Shown piece by piece: positions 1 to 11,419 of a stretch of DNA of 64,000 nucleotides. The stretch covers positions 248,001-312,000 of the forward strand of contig JAVHYY010000086.1 of the NCBI GenBank assembly GCA_035221665.1, read 5' to 3'. The notes beneath the pieces were generated by a model. The model searched no databases. It worked only from the letters and a program-made list of their open reading frames with translations, and had not been told where the DNA came from. Made by a program: the position numbers and the translations under genes. The DNA comes from Okamejei kenojei (taxonomy: Eukaryota). Every line of letters begins with the position of its first letter. Position 1 is the first letter of the stretch.

Positions 1-75
1 CATTCGCACAGAACACACGACGGAAACAAACTAAGGCCGCTCCATTCTTTCAGCGCGTTGTCTCAATTAGGAGTC

Positions 76-512
76 ATGTTTCCCCTATCCTCCTTTCTGG
101 TATTTATTCTCGTTCGGGCAGGTGAGTTGGCGTTTAAATGGTGTTTTTGACCGTCAAGGGAATCAGATTATTTCCCAGAGTGATTGCATGTCGTATTCAT
201 TGTTACAGGAGTCGGCGAGGAAACAGTGTCCCAAAGTCTGGCTGCGCTGAGAGCCGAGGAAGGGCTGGACGTAATGTTAAACTGCAACTACTCCTCAAAG
301 TTTTCTTCTAACACCTTCTTCTGGTACATCAAGTATCCCGGCCGTGCACCAAGATACGTGCTGAAGGGATTCCGCGATGGGTTAGCCCAACCAGCTCCAG
401 ATATTTCCAACAGATTCTCTGCCGTTTTACACAAAGAGAGTAAGACCTTCCCATTAAATATCTCCAGGATACACCTTTCGGACGCTGCGACATATTACTG
501 CGTCATGGCGCC
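76..512 (+). CDS. V1: TCR alpha/delta-type V gene segment, apparently intact (leader 76-121, V exon 209-512)
   Basis: Leader MFPLSSFLVFILVRA ending G|GTGAGT; acceptor TTACAG|; V exon GVGEETVSQ...LNCNY...FFWYIKYPG...DAATYYCVMA with both Cys and the Trp; followed by a 23-RSS. Confidence 0.92.
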
Positions 513-551
513 CACACTGTTGCAGAGAAATAGAGGGTCTAAACAAAAACC
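513..551 (+). promoter_or_regulatory. 23-bp-spacer RSS of V1
   Basis: CACACTG (513-519) + 23 nt + consensus nonamer ACAAAAACC (543-551). Confidence 0.93.
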
Positions 552-1174
552 GTACGGTGGACCTCTTTCGAGAGGCCACCGGAGGGCGCGGTTGTGTGAG
601 AAATATGCAGTGTATCTGATGCAACCACGATCGCGGACTTCTAGAGCGATCCACACCGTCAACAGTATTCCAATTGTTTCCCACGTGAAACACACCTTCT
701 CCTCGGCAAAATTACGCCAAACAGTTTCCCCACCCCTGCTATATCGAGTGCATTTATCGATCTAGCTATTAGATGGGGAAAACAATTTCCCATCCACACG
801 ACTCTGTGTAGTTAACTTTGATCCGTTGAAAGTAATAGCGGTCTTTAGATAGGCGCAATATGTCCGGAGAATGGACGCATATTAATGAGATGCCAGCAGA
901 AATTATCAGTTTAACTGGACATCGTGCTCGGCACGGACATTGTGGGCGGATCGGTCTGTTGCACTGTTCCATGTTCTAATTATTGTGCGCTGAGGTGCAA
1001 CCCAACACATTTACACTGCTGAATCATGTCTCAAGTGTAAACCTATTGGAATCATTCTGTCGATATCCGTTCGTTTCCACACCAGGCCCAGTGTGTTCCC
1101 CGTGTTCCTCACTGATGATTATGGCTGTTCTTAATGACATCAAAAATAGTCTGCATGCCTCAATAGACAATGGA

Positions 1175-1325
1175 CAGTAGGTGCAGTAGTAGGTCATTCG
1201 GCCCTTCGAGCCAGCACCGGCATTCACTGAGATCATGGCTGATCATCCCCAATCAGTACCCCGTTCCTGCCTTCTCCCCGTATCCCCTGACTCCGCTATC
1301 TTTAAGAGCCCTATCTAGCTCTCAA
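1175..1325 (-). mobile_element. CR1 LINE 3'-end fragment
   Basis: Matches the 3' end of the CR1 copy at 23296-25097 (GGCCCTTCGAGCCAGCACCG...CCTTCTCCCCGTATCCCCTGA). Confidence 0.8.
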
Positions 1326-1682
1326 GTTTTAGATTCGCATGCGTTCACAAGTTCCGTAACATTTTACAGTGGAGATTGGAGAAGAGGCATCGACACACTG
1401 TCTAATTCATTTACTGTCGACCTTGCCCCTCCTGCTACGTAACGGAACAGAACACAATGAAGGTTTGATAGGATGGGGCAACAAAGAAGCGAAGTGATTG
1501 GCGGAATTAAGAAACGGAGCTAATTCTGGGAGTTGAAGCACAAATAAGCTCTGCGTTGAGAGGATGCGACGCAATTAAGAATACGCCAATTCATAAAGAG
1601 CCTAGATCACAGCTCATTCACAATATGACATTAAACCTATTTCCGGATTTCAGTTCATATTCATTGTCCATGCAATTGAAAC

Positions 1683-2596
1683 ATGCTGGCATTGACGATT
1701 TATTCGCTTCTTACAGCTGTAGCTCTCTTAACCGTTATGTTCACGACGTTTCCAAGCCTGTATATTATGTTACTTTAGGGCATGATATCTCATCATTCAA
1801 ATACATTGAATGCAATGGAATCACTTTAGAAATGGATTCAATGGAAGGATAGCAAATGAAGAATACAACGAGGAATATAGATGCAGTTCGTCAATAGTGA
1901 TGATGGGGGATTTGAGGTGTTTCCAGCTTAATAGCTGGAAACTAGCCCCGGCTGGGTAGAGTCCTGCAGTTGGAACACACCAGTGGTCTACGTACGAGCG
2001 ATCTACGATTCCCCTTTTCTTTCTGGGACGCAATGGTGACGAGTAGAGGGCGATGGAAAGGGTTGGATGATCATTAAAGATAATTTAATTCTGTAATTCC
2101 AGCGCATATCCCCCACATTTATTTAGCCTTTAGGGGAAGGGTATCATTACCCTTATACCTCAAATCAGTACCAGGATAGGGGGTATTTTTCTAGTATGGA
2201 CACAGTAAGGTTATGTTCTGTTGTTTAAATTCGTCCCCGGACTCTTGCAGGGCATTGTCTACGGAACGCCGTTTCTCAGACACCAGCAATGATAACAGTG
2301 AGTGAAGGCGATGACGCACCGTTGAATTGCAACTACACAGCTAAAATCACGAGCAATATTGGACTAATCTGCTACCGTCAGTATCCGGGGATATCCCTTG
2401 AATTTCTGCTGCTCAGAACGAAATTCGAAGCCGCCCCGAAGAACAGTGCTGGAGAACGTTTTCCAGCGGAGCGCAACCATTTGACAGCAACGGTCCCGCT
2501 GACTGTGTCGCAAACGCGGCTCCGAGACTCGGCAATATATTATTGCGCTCTGAGCCCCACGGACGCGCATAATTGGGCTGAGCCTGTACTGAAACT
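1683..2596 (+). pseudogene. V2: TCR V segment, probable pseudogene (leader 1683-1734, V exon 2251-2557, RSS 2558-2596)
   Basis: Leader donor mutated (ACCG|TTATGT vs ACCG|GTAAGT in paralogues); conserved FR2 Trp replaced by Cys (LICYRQ); degenerate nonamer ACTGAAACT. Confidence 0.8.
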
Positions 2597-3158
2597 ACGT
2601 CGGTTATCAGCACCCCAATGGGTATCAGCGCGTAAGCACAACTTTGTCATCATCGGCGCGTCTCGCTGATTGCTGCATCCATCCCAACGCGAGAGATATG
2701 CGAGCAATATTTACAACTGTTTCTTCCCAATCAAATGCCAGGCTTTCAAACACTACACAACACTAACCTATCAACTATAGATTGTCTTTGAGTGCACTAA
2801 GCAATTCATGCTTTTTAATGCACATGGATTATGTTATTCATTTATTGTATTTTGTTTATTATTGATCATACGTCGGGCTTGTCGCTCCTGTGACTTCATC
2901 AAACAGAAAACAAAGGAGGTATGAGATGATTGGCAACTGAGAAGCAGTGAGGTGATTGGCGGAATTCAGCGAATGACCTAATTCGGGGGGGGTGGGGGGT
3001 GTTGGAGAACACATTTTTCTGTGCAGAGGGGATGTGCCGTCGTCAAAAATAAACCAATTAATAGAGAGCTCCGACCACAGTTGTTTCACAATATCTGGTT
3101 AAACATATTTCCCGATCAGACCATTTCAGTTCATAATCACTCTCAAAGCAATCACAAC

Positions 3159-3900
3159 ATGTTGGCCGTGATTATTTATTCGCTTCTTGCAGCTGCAGCT
3201 CTCTTAACCGGTAGGTTCACGGCGTTTCCGAGCCAGGATATTATATTACTATTGGGCATGATATTTAATCAATCAACTAGTTTGAATGCAATAGAATGAC
3301 CTAAGAAAGGGAGTCACACCCATGTTCTACGGACGAGTGCTGAAAGATTATCTTTTCCCCCTCCCAAGACAGAAAGATGACGAGCAGAGGGCAATGAAAA
3401 GGGTTAAATGATCTTTAAAGACAATTTAATTTAGTAATTCCCAGCGCTTTTCGCCACCTCGATGTGGGTTTTAGGAAGTAGTATTATTTTCTGCCGTTGT
3501 CCCTATGATCGTTATCAAGATATGGCGCATTCTCCAGTATGACCACATTGGGATAATACAATGTAATTTAATTTCTTCCCCTGGCTCTTGCAGGGCATTG
3601 TCGAGGCGACGCCGTTTCTCAGACACCAGAAGTGGAAACAGTAAATGAAGGAGATGAAGCCCAGTTGAACTGCAACTATACAACTACAAGCACGGGCAGC
3701 CTTGGACTAATCTGGTACCGTCAGTATCCCGGCGGATCCCTTGAGTTTCTTCTGCTCAGAACGACATTCAAAGGCGGCGAGAAGAACAATGCCGGGGAAC
3801 GTTTTTCTGCGGAACTCAACCGTTCGACAGGAACGGTCCTGCTGACGGTGTCACAAACGCGGCTCCGAGACTCGGCAATGTATTATTGCGCTCTAAACCC
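3159..3900 (+). CDS. V3: TCR alpha/delta-type V segment, apparently intact (leader 3159-3210, V exon 3594-3900)
   Basis: Leader MLAVIIYSLLAAAALLT G|GTAGGT; exon GHCRGDAVSQTPEVETVNEGDEAQLNCNY...LIWYRQYPG...DSAMYYCALN, open frame. Confidence 0.92.
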
Positions 3901-3939
3901 CACGGAGGCGCAGAATTGGGCTGAGCCTGTACAAAAACT
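3901..3939 (+). promoter_or_regulatory. 23-RSS of V3 (non-consensus heptamer)
   Basis: CACGGAG + 23 nt + ACAAAAACT. Confidence 0.88.
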
Positions 3940-4257
3940 ATCAGAGAACCCCGTCAGGTATCAGCGCGTATCGCAACTTTGTCAGCATCGGCGCGTCCTC
4001 GTTGATTGCTGCTCCCGTCCCAACGCCAGTGTGTTTGCAGTCACCAATACTCGATTTTTTATATTAAAAAACAAGACAATTGAGTTGAAGAATAGTTTCT
4101 GACAAACAAACATTAGCTTCTTGAATACTACACAGCACTAACATATGAACCATGAACTGCCCTTGGTTGCATTAAACAGTTCATTTATATATACAATATA
4201 TTACATTATATATTGTATAATGTAATATCATTTGTATATATACAATTACAATATATA

Positions 4258-4650
4258 TTAATGATTTGGACTAGGGAATTGAATGCAACATCTCCAAGTT
4301 TGCGGATAACACGAAGCAGGAGGCAGTTTTAGCTGTGAGGAGGATGCTCGGAGGCTGTAAGGGGACTTGGATAGGCTGGGTGAGTGGACAAATGCATGGC
4401 AGATGCAATGTAATGTGGATAAATGTGAGGTTATCCACTTTGGTGGCAAAAACAGGAAAGTAGACTATTAGCTGAATGGTGGCCGATTGGAGAAGGGAAG
4501 ATGCAACGAGAATTGGGTGTCATGGTACACCAGTCATTGAAAGTAGGCATGCAGGCGCAGCAGGCAGTGCAGAAAGCGAATGGTATGTTAGCATTCATAG
4601 CGAAAGGATTTGAGTATAGGAGCAGGGAGGTTTTACTGCACTTGTACAAA
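4258..4650 (+). mobile_element. CR1 LINE RT internal fragment, sitting where the V4 promoter/leader should be
   Basis: Decayed INDLD..I.CNISKFADNTK...WQMQ.NVDKCEVIHFG, colinear with the RT ORF at 23811-25061. Confidence 0.85.
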
Positions 4651-4826
4651 TAATTTTAAAGATAATTTTATTCGGTTATTCACAGCGCCTTTACCCCCAT
4701 ATTCATTTAGCTTTTAGGGGAGGGAGATCTTTGTTGACGTTCGACTTCAGATCAGTATAATCAATATGAGTATGAGCAGAATGAGGTGATGTTGTGTTTT
4801 CTAACTTCGTTCCCGGGCTCTTGCAG

Positions 4827-5172
4827 GATATTGTAGAGGCGACGGCGTTTCTCAGACACCAGTAGTGGTTACAGTGAGTGAAGCGGAAGATGCATAGTTG
4901 AATTGCAACTATACAGCTACAAGCACGAGCAATCCTGGACTAATCTGGTACCGTCAGTATACCGGCGGACCCCTTGAGTTCCTGCTGCTCAAAACGAAAT
5001 TCGAAGACACCCGGAAGAGCAGTGCCGGGAAACGCTTTTCAGCGGAGCTCAACCATTTGATAGGAGCGGTGCCGCTGACGGCGTCACAAACGCGGCTCCG
5101 AGACTTGGCAATGTATTACTGCGCTCTGAGGCCCACGAAGGCGCAGAATTGGGCCGAGCTTGCACAAAAACT
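4827..5172 (+). pseudogene. V4: TCR V pseudogene (V exon 4827-5133, RSS 5134-5172)
   Basis: In-frame TAG at 4895-4897 before the first Cys; no leader exon upstream; RSS CACGAAG-23-ACAAAAACT. Confidence 0.88.
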
Positions 5173-5488
5173 GCCATTGTACCCACTCATGCATCACCGC
5201 GTATGCACAACTTTCTCAGCATCGATGCGTCCTCGTGGATTGCTGCACCGTTCCCAACGACGGTGTGCTTGCTGTCATTAATACTCGAGTTTTAAATATA
5301 AAAACCCACCATGACAATTGGGTTGAAGAATAGCTTCTAACAAACAAATATTATGTTCTTGAACACTACACAGTACTAACGGATGAACTATGAACTGCCC
5401 TTGGTTGCATTAAGCACTTCATGCCTGTTATGCACCTGGACCTGGTTAATTTATTGAATTATGTTTTTTGCTTATTATGACTTCAGGC

Positions 5489-5490
<2 letters not shown>

Positions 5491-5534
<44 letters not shown>
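5491..5534. repeat. poly(C) tract
   Basis: ~44 consecutive C; a shorter C run lies at the equivalent position of the next unit (~7020-7034). Confidence 0.9.
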
Positions 5535-5535
<1 letters not shown>

Positions 5536-5661
5536 ATGATGTCATGGAACACAAAACAAAGGAGGTGTGAGATGATTGGGCTACAAAAGCAGTGATGTCA
5601 ACAGCCGAATTAAGAAACTTCGGGGAATTGCGTGAACAAATTAGCTCCGCGCCGACGGGAT

Positions 5662-5686
5662 GTGACGCTGTCACGAATAAGCCAAT
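5662..5686 (+). promoter_or_regulatory. Candidate V promoter module: GTGACGCTGTCAC palindrome (CRE half-site TGACG) + CCAAT
   Basis: 100-125 bp upstream of the V5 ATG; variants at the same position upstream of the V2, V3, V6 and V7 leaders. Confidence 0.5.
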
Positions 5687-5786
5687 GAATGACGAACCTA
5701 AACCACAGCTCTATCACAATATCAGATTAAACCTGTTTCCTGGTGAGCGCTTTTCAGTTCATATTCACTCTCCATGCAATTACAAC

Positions 5787-6653
5787 ATGCTGGCCTTGAA
5801 ATTGTATTGGCTTCTTGCAGCTGCAGCTCTCTTAACCGGTAAGTTCACGGCGTTTCTTATAATGTAGGGCATGACATTTAATGAAACTTGAATGTAACAG
5901 AACGACTTTAGAAAGGGAGTCCGTATGAGGACAGTAAACAAAGAGCACATTAGGAAAAAATATGCGGTTATACAGTAATTGATGTTCCGAAATTTGTGGT
6001 GAGTTTCCTGGTTAATTGTTGGAAAGCAGTCCCGACGGAGAAGCATTGAAGAGTTGGAACACGCCGGTGGTCCCCGTACGAGTGCTCTACGATTCCCTTT
6101 TCCTCCCTTGGAAGCAATAACGACGTCCAGTACGATGAAACGGGTTGGATTATCTTTAAAGATAAATTTATTCGGGAATTCCCAGCGCCTTTCCGCCCTT
6201 CTTTATTTAGCTTTTAGGGGAGGGGTATGTTTGATGTAAGTGGACCTGATTGTACCTCATAATGGGTATGTGAGGGGTATGAGGGGTATTCTGAAGTATG
6301 AGCTGAGTTAGGTGATGTTGTGTTATGTACCCCTGTACTCTTGCAGGGATTTGTCGAGGCGACGCATTTTCTCAGACACCGGCAGCGGTTACAGTGAGTG
6401 AAGGGGATGATACAAAATTGAGCTGCAACTATACAGCTCCAAACTCGATCACTCCTGGACTAAGCTGGTACCGTCAGTATCCCGGCGGATCCCTTGAGTT
6501 CCTGCTGCTCAGAACGACATTCAAAGGCGGCGAGAAGAACAATGCCGGGGAACGTTTTTCAGCGGAGCTCAACATTTCGACAGCAACGGTCCCGCTGACG
6601 GTGTCAGTAACGCGGCTCCGAGACTCGGCAATGTATTACTGCGCTCTGAGGCC
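5787..6653 (+). CDS. V5: TCR alpha/delta-type V segment, apparently intact (leader 5787-5838, V exon 6347-6653)
   Basis: Leader MLALKLYWLLAAAALLT G|GTAAGT; exon GICRGDAFSQTP...LSCNY...LSWYRQYPG...DSAMYYCALR; RSS CACGGAA (6654-6660) - 22 nt - ACAAAATCT (6683-6691). Confidence 0.88.
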
Positions 6654-7292
6654 CACGGAAGCGCAGAATTGGGCTGAGCTGCACAAAATCTACCAGTGCA
6701 CCTCCTCACGTATCACCGCGTAAACACAACTTTCGCAGCATCGCCGCGTCCTCGTTGAATGCTGCGCCCATCCCAACGCCAGTGTGTTTGCTGTCATTAA
6801 TATTCGATTTTTAAATATTAAAAAACTAATCAGAAAATTAGGTTGAACTATAGCTTCTAACAAACAAATATTTGAATCTTGAACCCTACACATCACTAAA
6901 AGGAGAACTATGAAATCTCTTCGGTTACATTAAGCACTTCATGCATCTTATGCACATGGATTTGGTTGTTAATTTATTGAATAGTGTGTATTATAAATTA
7001 TACTTCAGGCCTTAGAAAGCCCCCCCCCCCCCCCATAAACGACGTAATGGAAACAGAAAACAAAGGAGTGTAGATGATTGGGTAACAAAATCAGTGCTTC
7101 ATTGGCCGGAATTAAGACACGCCCAACGAGGACTTGGAGAAACAAATTAGCTCGCGCGCCGACGGATGTGACGCTGTCAAGAATAAGCCAATGAATGAAG
7201 AACGTAGACCACAGCTCTTTCACAATATCAGATTAAACCTGTTTCCGGTTGAACGCATTTGAGTTCATATTCACTCTCAATGCAATTACAAC

Positions 7293-8222
7293 ATGCTGGC
7301 CTTGACAATGTATTGGCTTCTTACAGCTGCAGCTCTCTTGACCGGTAAGTTCACGACGTTTCCAATACTGTGGGGCATGAGATTTAAGCAATCAAATACA
7401 TTGAATGCAACAGAACGACTTTAGAAAGGTAGTCCGTATAAGAACAGTAAACGAAGAACACATTAGGAAAAACTATAGTCTCCCAGTAATTGATGTTCGG
7501 AAATTTGAGGAGAGTTTCCTGATTAATACTGGAACACAGGCCGATGAAGGAGAAGCATCGTAGAGTTAGAACGGTTTACGTGGTTTACGCACGAGTGATC
7601 TACGATTCCACTCTTCTTCCCCGGAAGCAAAAACGACGTCCAGGACGATGGAATGGGTTTGATGATCTTTAAAGATCGTTTCGTTAAGTAATTCCCGGCG
7701 TCTTTCCGCCCACTTCTATTTTACTATTAGGGGAGGGGGGGGGGGAGATGTGTTAGAAGGCATTTGTACCTCATATCTATCAGGATGAGGCGTATTCTGA
7801 AGAATGAGAAGAATGAGGTGATGTTGTGTTATATATCTTCGTCCTCGGACTCTTGCAGGAATAGTCGAGGCGATCGCCCGTTCTTCTCCGATCACCCGGC
7901 AGCGGTTGCCATGAGTGAAGGGGATGACGCCGCCCACAGTTGAACTGCATGTATACCGCTACAAGCTCCCCGCCCAATCCTGGAAAATATCTGGTACCGT
8001 GTCAGTATCCCGGCGGATCTCTTGAGTTTCTGCTGCTCAGGAACAAAATAGCGCGACGCCGTCCCAGAAGAACAATGCGGTGAACGTTCTCACGACGCTC
8101 AACCATTCGACAGGAACGGTCCCGCTGACTGTATCGCAAACGCTGCTCCGAGACTCGGCAATGTATTACTGCGCTCTGAGCCCCACGGAGGCGCAGAATT
8201 GGGTAGCGGCAGTACAAAAACT
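7293..8222 (+). pseudogene. V6: TCR V segment with many small frameshifts (leader 7293-7344, V exon 7859-8183, RSS 8184-8222)
   Basis: Intact leader MLALTMYWLLTAAALLTG and RSS CACGGAG-23-ACAAAAACT, but the 5' two-thirds of the V exon has numerous 1-3-nt indels relative to paralogues; may be sequencing error. Confidence 0.75.
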
Positions 8223-8763
8223 ACAAGCGCACCCACTCATGTAGCAGCGGGTAAGCAGAACTTTGTCAGCATTGGCAATCCTCGCTGACTGCTGCATCCG
8301 TCCCAGCGGCTGTGTGTTTGCAGTCATTAATATCCGATTTTAAAATGACATATGCGTCGAAAAATAGCTTCCCACATTGAAACATCAGGTTCCTGAACAT
8401 TACACAGCAGTAACGGATGAACTATGAACTGTTTTCGGTTGCACTAAGCACTTCATGCCTTTCGCACACATGAATTATGTTGTCAATTTATTGAATTGTA
8501 TTTATTGCATATTATACTTCAGGCCTTGCCCCTCCTGTTTGAGTTGATTGGCAATAAAAGCAGTGATGTGATTGGCGGATTTATCAAACACAGTTAATGC
8601 GGGGAGTTGGAGAACAAATTAGCTCCGCGCCGACGGGATGTGATGCTGTCACGAATAAGCCAATGAATGAAGAACCTAGATCACTCCTCTTCACAATATC
8701 AGATTAAACCTGTTTCCGGATGAGATCATTTCAGTTCGTATTCACTCTCAATGCAATTACAGC

Positions 8764-9751
8764 ATGCTGACTTTGAATATGTATTCGCTTCTTGCAGCTG
8801 CAGCTCTCTTAACGGGTAAGTTCAGTACGTTTCCAAGCCTGTACAATATATTGGTGTAGGGCATGGAATTTCATCAATCAAATGCCTTGCATGCAATGGA
8901 ATGACTTTAGAAAGTGAGTCAGTGAGGGAACAATAAACGAAGAGAACAATAAGAATGTAGATGCAGTTCCGACTCAAGTGTTGTAAGGATGTTGTGATGA
9001 GTTTCCAGGTAAATTATACCACGCCCGTGTTCTAAGGTCGTGCGCTCAGCAATTCCTCTCCTCCTCCAGAGATGCAATGATGACGAGCAGGTGGCGATTG
9101 AAAGGGGTGGATGATTTTGTAATATAATTTAATTCGGTATTCACAGCGCGTTTTCTCTCATCTTCATTTAGCTCTTAGTGCAGGGAGATCTTTGTTGCCA
9201 TTCTACCTCAGGTCAGTACCAGGATAAGGTGAGTGTGAGCAGAATGCGGTGATGTTGTTTTTTAACTTCGTTCCCGAACTCTTGCAGGGCATTGCCGAGG
9301 CGACGCCGTTTCCCAGACACCAGTAGTGGTAACAATGAGCGAAGGGGATGATGCCCAGTTGATCTGCAACTATACAGCTACAAGCACGAACAATCTTGTA
9401 CAAACGTGGTACCGTCAGTATCCCGGCAGATCCCTTGAGTTTCTGCTGTTCAGAAAGAAATACGAAGCCGCCCAGAAGAACAGTGCTGGAGAGCGTTTTT
9501 CTGCGGAGCTCAACCATTTGAGTGGAACAGTCCCGCTGACTCTATCGCTGCTGCTGCTCAGAACGACATTCAAAGGCGGCGAGAAGAATAAATTCCGGGG
9601 AACGTTTTTCAGCGAAGCTCAACCATTCGACAGGAACAGTCCCGCTGAATCTATGGCAAGACGCGGCGATGTATTACTGCTCTCCGAGTCTAAATTGTTC
9701 CCTCTATTACTACACGGAGGCGCACAATTGGTCTGTGCCTGTACAAAATCT
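8764..9751 (+). pseudogene. V7: chimeric TCR V segment with duplicated CDR2-FR3 (leader 8764-8815, V exon from 9288, RSS 9713-9751)
   Basis: Frame is normal to ...GTVPLTLS, then re-enters FR2/CDR2 (LLLRTTFKGGEKN) and frameshifts before YYC; RSS CACGGAG-23-ACAAAATCT. Confidence 0.8.
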
Positions 9752-10039
9752 ACCAGACCACCCCATCAAGTATCAGAGCGTAAGCACAACATTGTCAGCA
9801 TCGGCGCGTCCTCGCTGATTGCTGTATCAGTCCCAACGCCAATGTTGTTTGCTGTCATTAACACCCGATTGTAAAATATTAGAACCACCCTACAATTGCG
9901 TTGAAGAATACCTTCTCACAAACAAGTATCGGGGTCTTGAACAGCGCCATCCTGTTGATTATTCGGTAACGGCAATCTCACCTCCAGGGTGCGAGAAACT
10001 GCTGTGACAAGTGACGAACGGTCGGCTGCACTACTACCC

Positions 10040-10620
10040 CAGGAAGCACATTTGAATTTGCAGTTGCACCTTATTGGAGGGGCAACACCAGCACAAACTA
10101 AGCGACGCTTTGATGCCCATCTCTTCTCTGTCCACTACTGACACCCGGCGCTCCTGGTTGCAATTTCAATACGGCTCACCATTCCCAATCCAACCTGCCA
10201 TTTCATCGACTTCCTCCACTGCTAGCGTGAGGCCAAACGGAAACAAAGTGGAATTTTACGTCATGTTCCTCTTTGGTAGTGTGCAGGCGGATGGTATGGG
10301 TAATGGATTCTATAATTCTCGGTAACCCTGCTCCATCGGGCCCGTTATCCATCCACGGGCACTCATATCAATCTTTCTCAAAACACCCCGCTCCTTGTCA
10401 CACAACCTCCTCCACACCATCCGTCCAACATCTGCACATTCCTTCCAATGAGTACCGTACACTGATTATTCCCACCTGCCCACCCCAGGCAGATTTTCGC
10501 CCTTTATCCACCTTCCTTTCTCGTGCGATTTCATCAACTACAGCCCGGTTACCGCTACCAATCAAGTCACAGCCATTGTTATCTTTCCCCTTTCCCCCCC
10601 TGGTTGGTTCCATCCACGAA
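10040..10620 (+). mobile_element. Penelope-like element 3' remnant (decayed GIY-YIG endonuclease end + pyrimidine-rich tail)
   Basis: Decayed ...LH C.SEAKRK.....MFLFGSVQADGMGNGFYNSR*, resembling the C-terminus of Penelope endonucleases; related to 41880-42350. Confidence 0.55.
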
Positions 10621-10664
10621 TCCATCTCGTATCACTTTGATACCCCAGTGGCAAGCCAATCTTT

Positions 10665-11160
10665 ATAATTGCAGTATGTGGGAGGTCAAATACACTGCTG
10701 GTGTCTCTGGCTGCTACAAATGTGAGAAGTATGTCCAGGAACACCTCATGAAGGATCGTGTTGGGGAATTGGAGTAGCAAGTGGATGACCTCAGGTTCGA
10801 CCGAGAAACTGAGACGTTCCTCACAAGTCTTACAGTGAGATTGTTACACCTAAGGTACTGGAAGCGAAAAAGTGGGTGACGGTGAAAAAGGGAGGGGAAC
10901 TTGGAATGCAAAGGTCCCCGGGCGTTGTACGTATTGTGAACAGGTTCACCCACTTAGAAGCTGTCGGGACAGAAGTCGTTAAAACACTGAGCGGCAGACT
11001 GGCTTGCGAAGCAAAAAGGGCTGTTGAGCCAAAACAAAAGAGGCCAACGTCAGGCAACACCGTTGTAGTTGCAGACACCACTGTGAGAGGTACGGACAGG
11101 GGTTTTTGCGGATTCGAGGATGTTGTGCTGCCTTCTTGGAGCCAGGATCCAGAATGTCAG
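10665..11160 (+). mobile_element. CR1 LINE ORF1 remnant (Zn-finger/coiled-coil and SGNH esterase motifs)
   Basis: CSMWEV...CEK...RVGELE*QVDDLR; NRFTHLE; VVVADTTVRGTDRGFCG; CCLLGARIQNV (GDS-type esterase of CR1 ORF1). Confidence 0.75.
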
Positions 11161-11419
11161 GGACAGATGCAGAAAATTGTCATACGTGCAAAGAGATACG
11201 TGGAAGTGTTTACATGCTAACCAAACAGATCAGCTAATCCAATACAAACAATCAATCAAAGGAAACGCATGTGCAATAGGCAGAGCAAAGGGGAAGATAG
11301 AGAATACAGATTATAGTCATTATTTAAGTTAAACGGTTCCATGTACAAAGCCCAATGTTCACATTAGAAGGAAATTGAATCGTACAGTACCCTAGTTTAT
11401 GGAAATGAATGGCACAGTA

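Larger units (their letters stand above)
1450..9940 (+). repeat. Tandem array of six ~1.4-1.5-kb units (promoter-leader-intron-V-RSS-3' flank), V2-V7
   Basis: Recurring leader ATG(C/T)TG...GCTCTCTTAACCG|GTAAGT, acceptor CTCTTGCAG|, V exon and post-RSS flank (…CTACACAGCACTAAC…ATGAACT…) in each unit. Confidence 0.9.

Noticed and set aside
184-765. 193-aa ORF (and similar extended ORFs around other V exons) as single-exon proteins
   Set aside because: They are V exons read through intron and RSS/flank sequence; true boundaries are set by splice sites and RSSs.
1450-9940. CRISPR-like or satellite interpretation of the repeated units
   Set aside because: Eukaryotic DNA; the repeats are ~1.5-kb V gene duplications.
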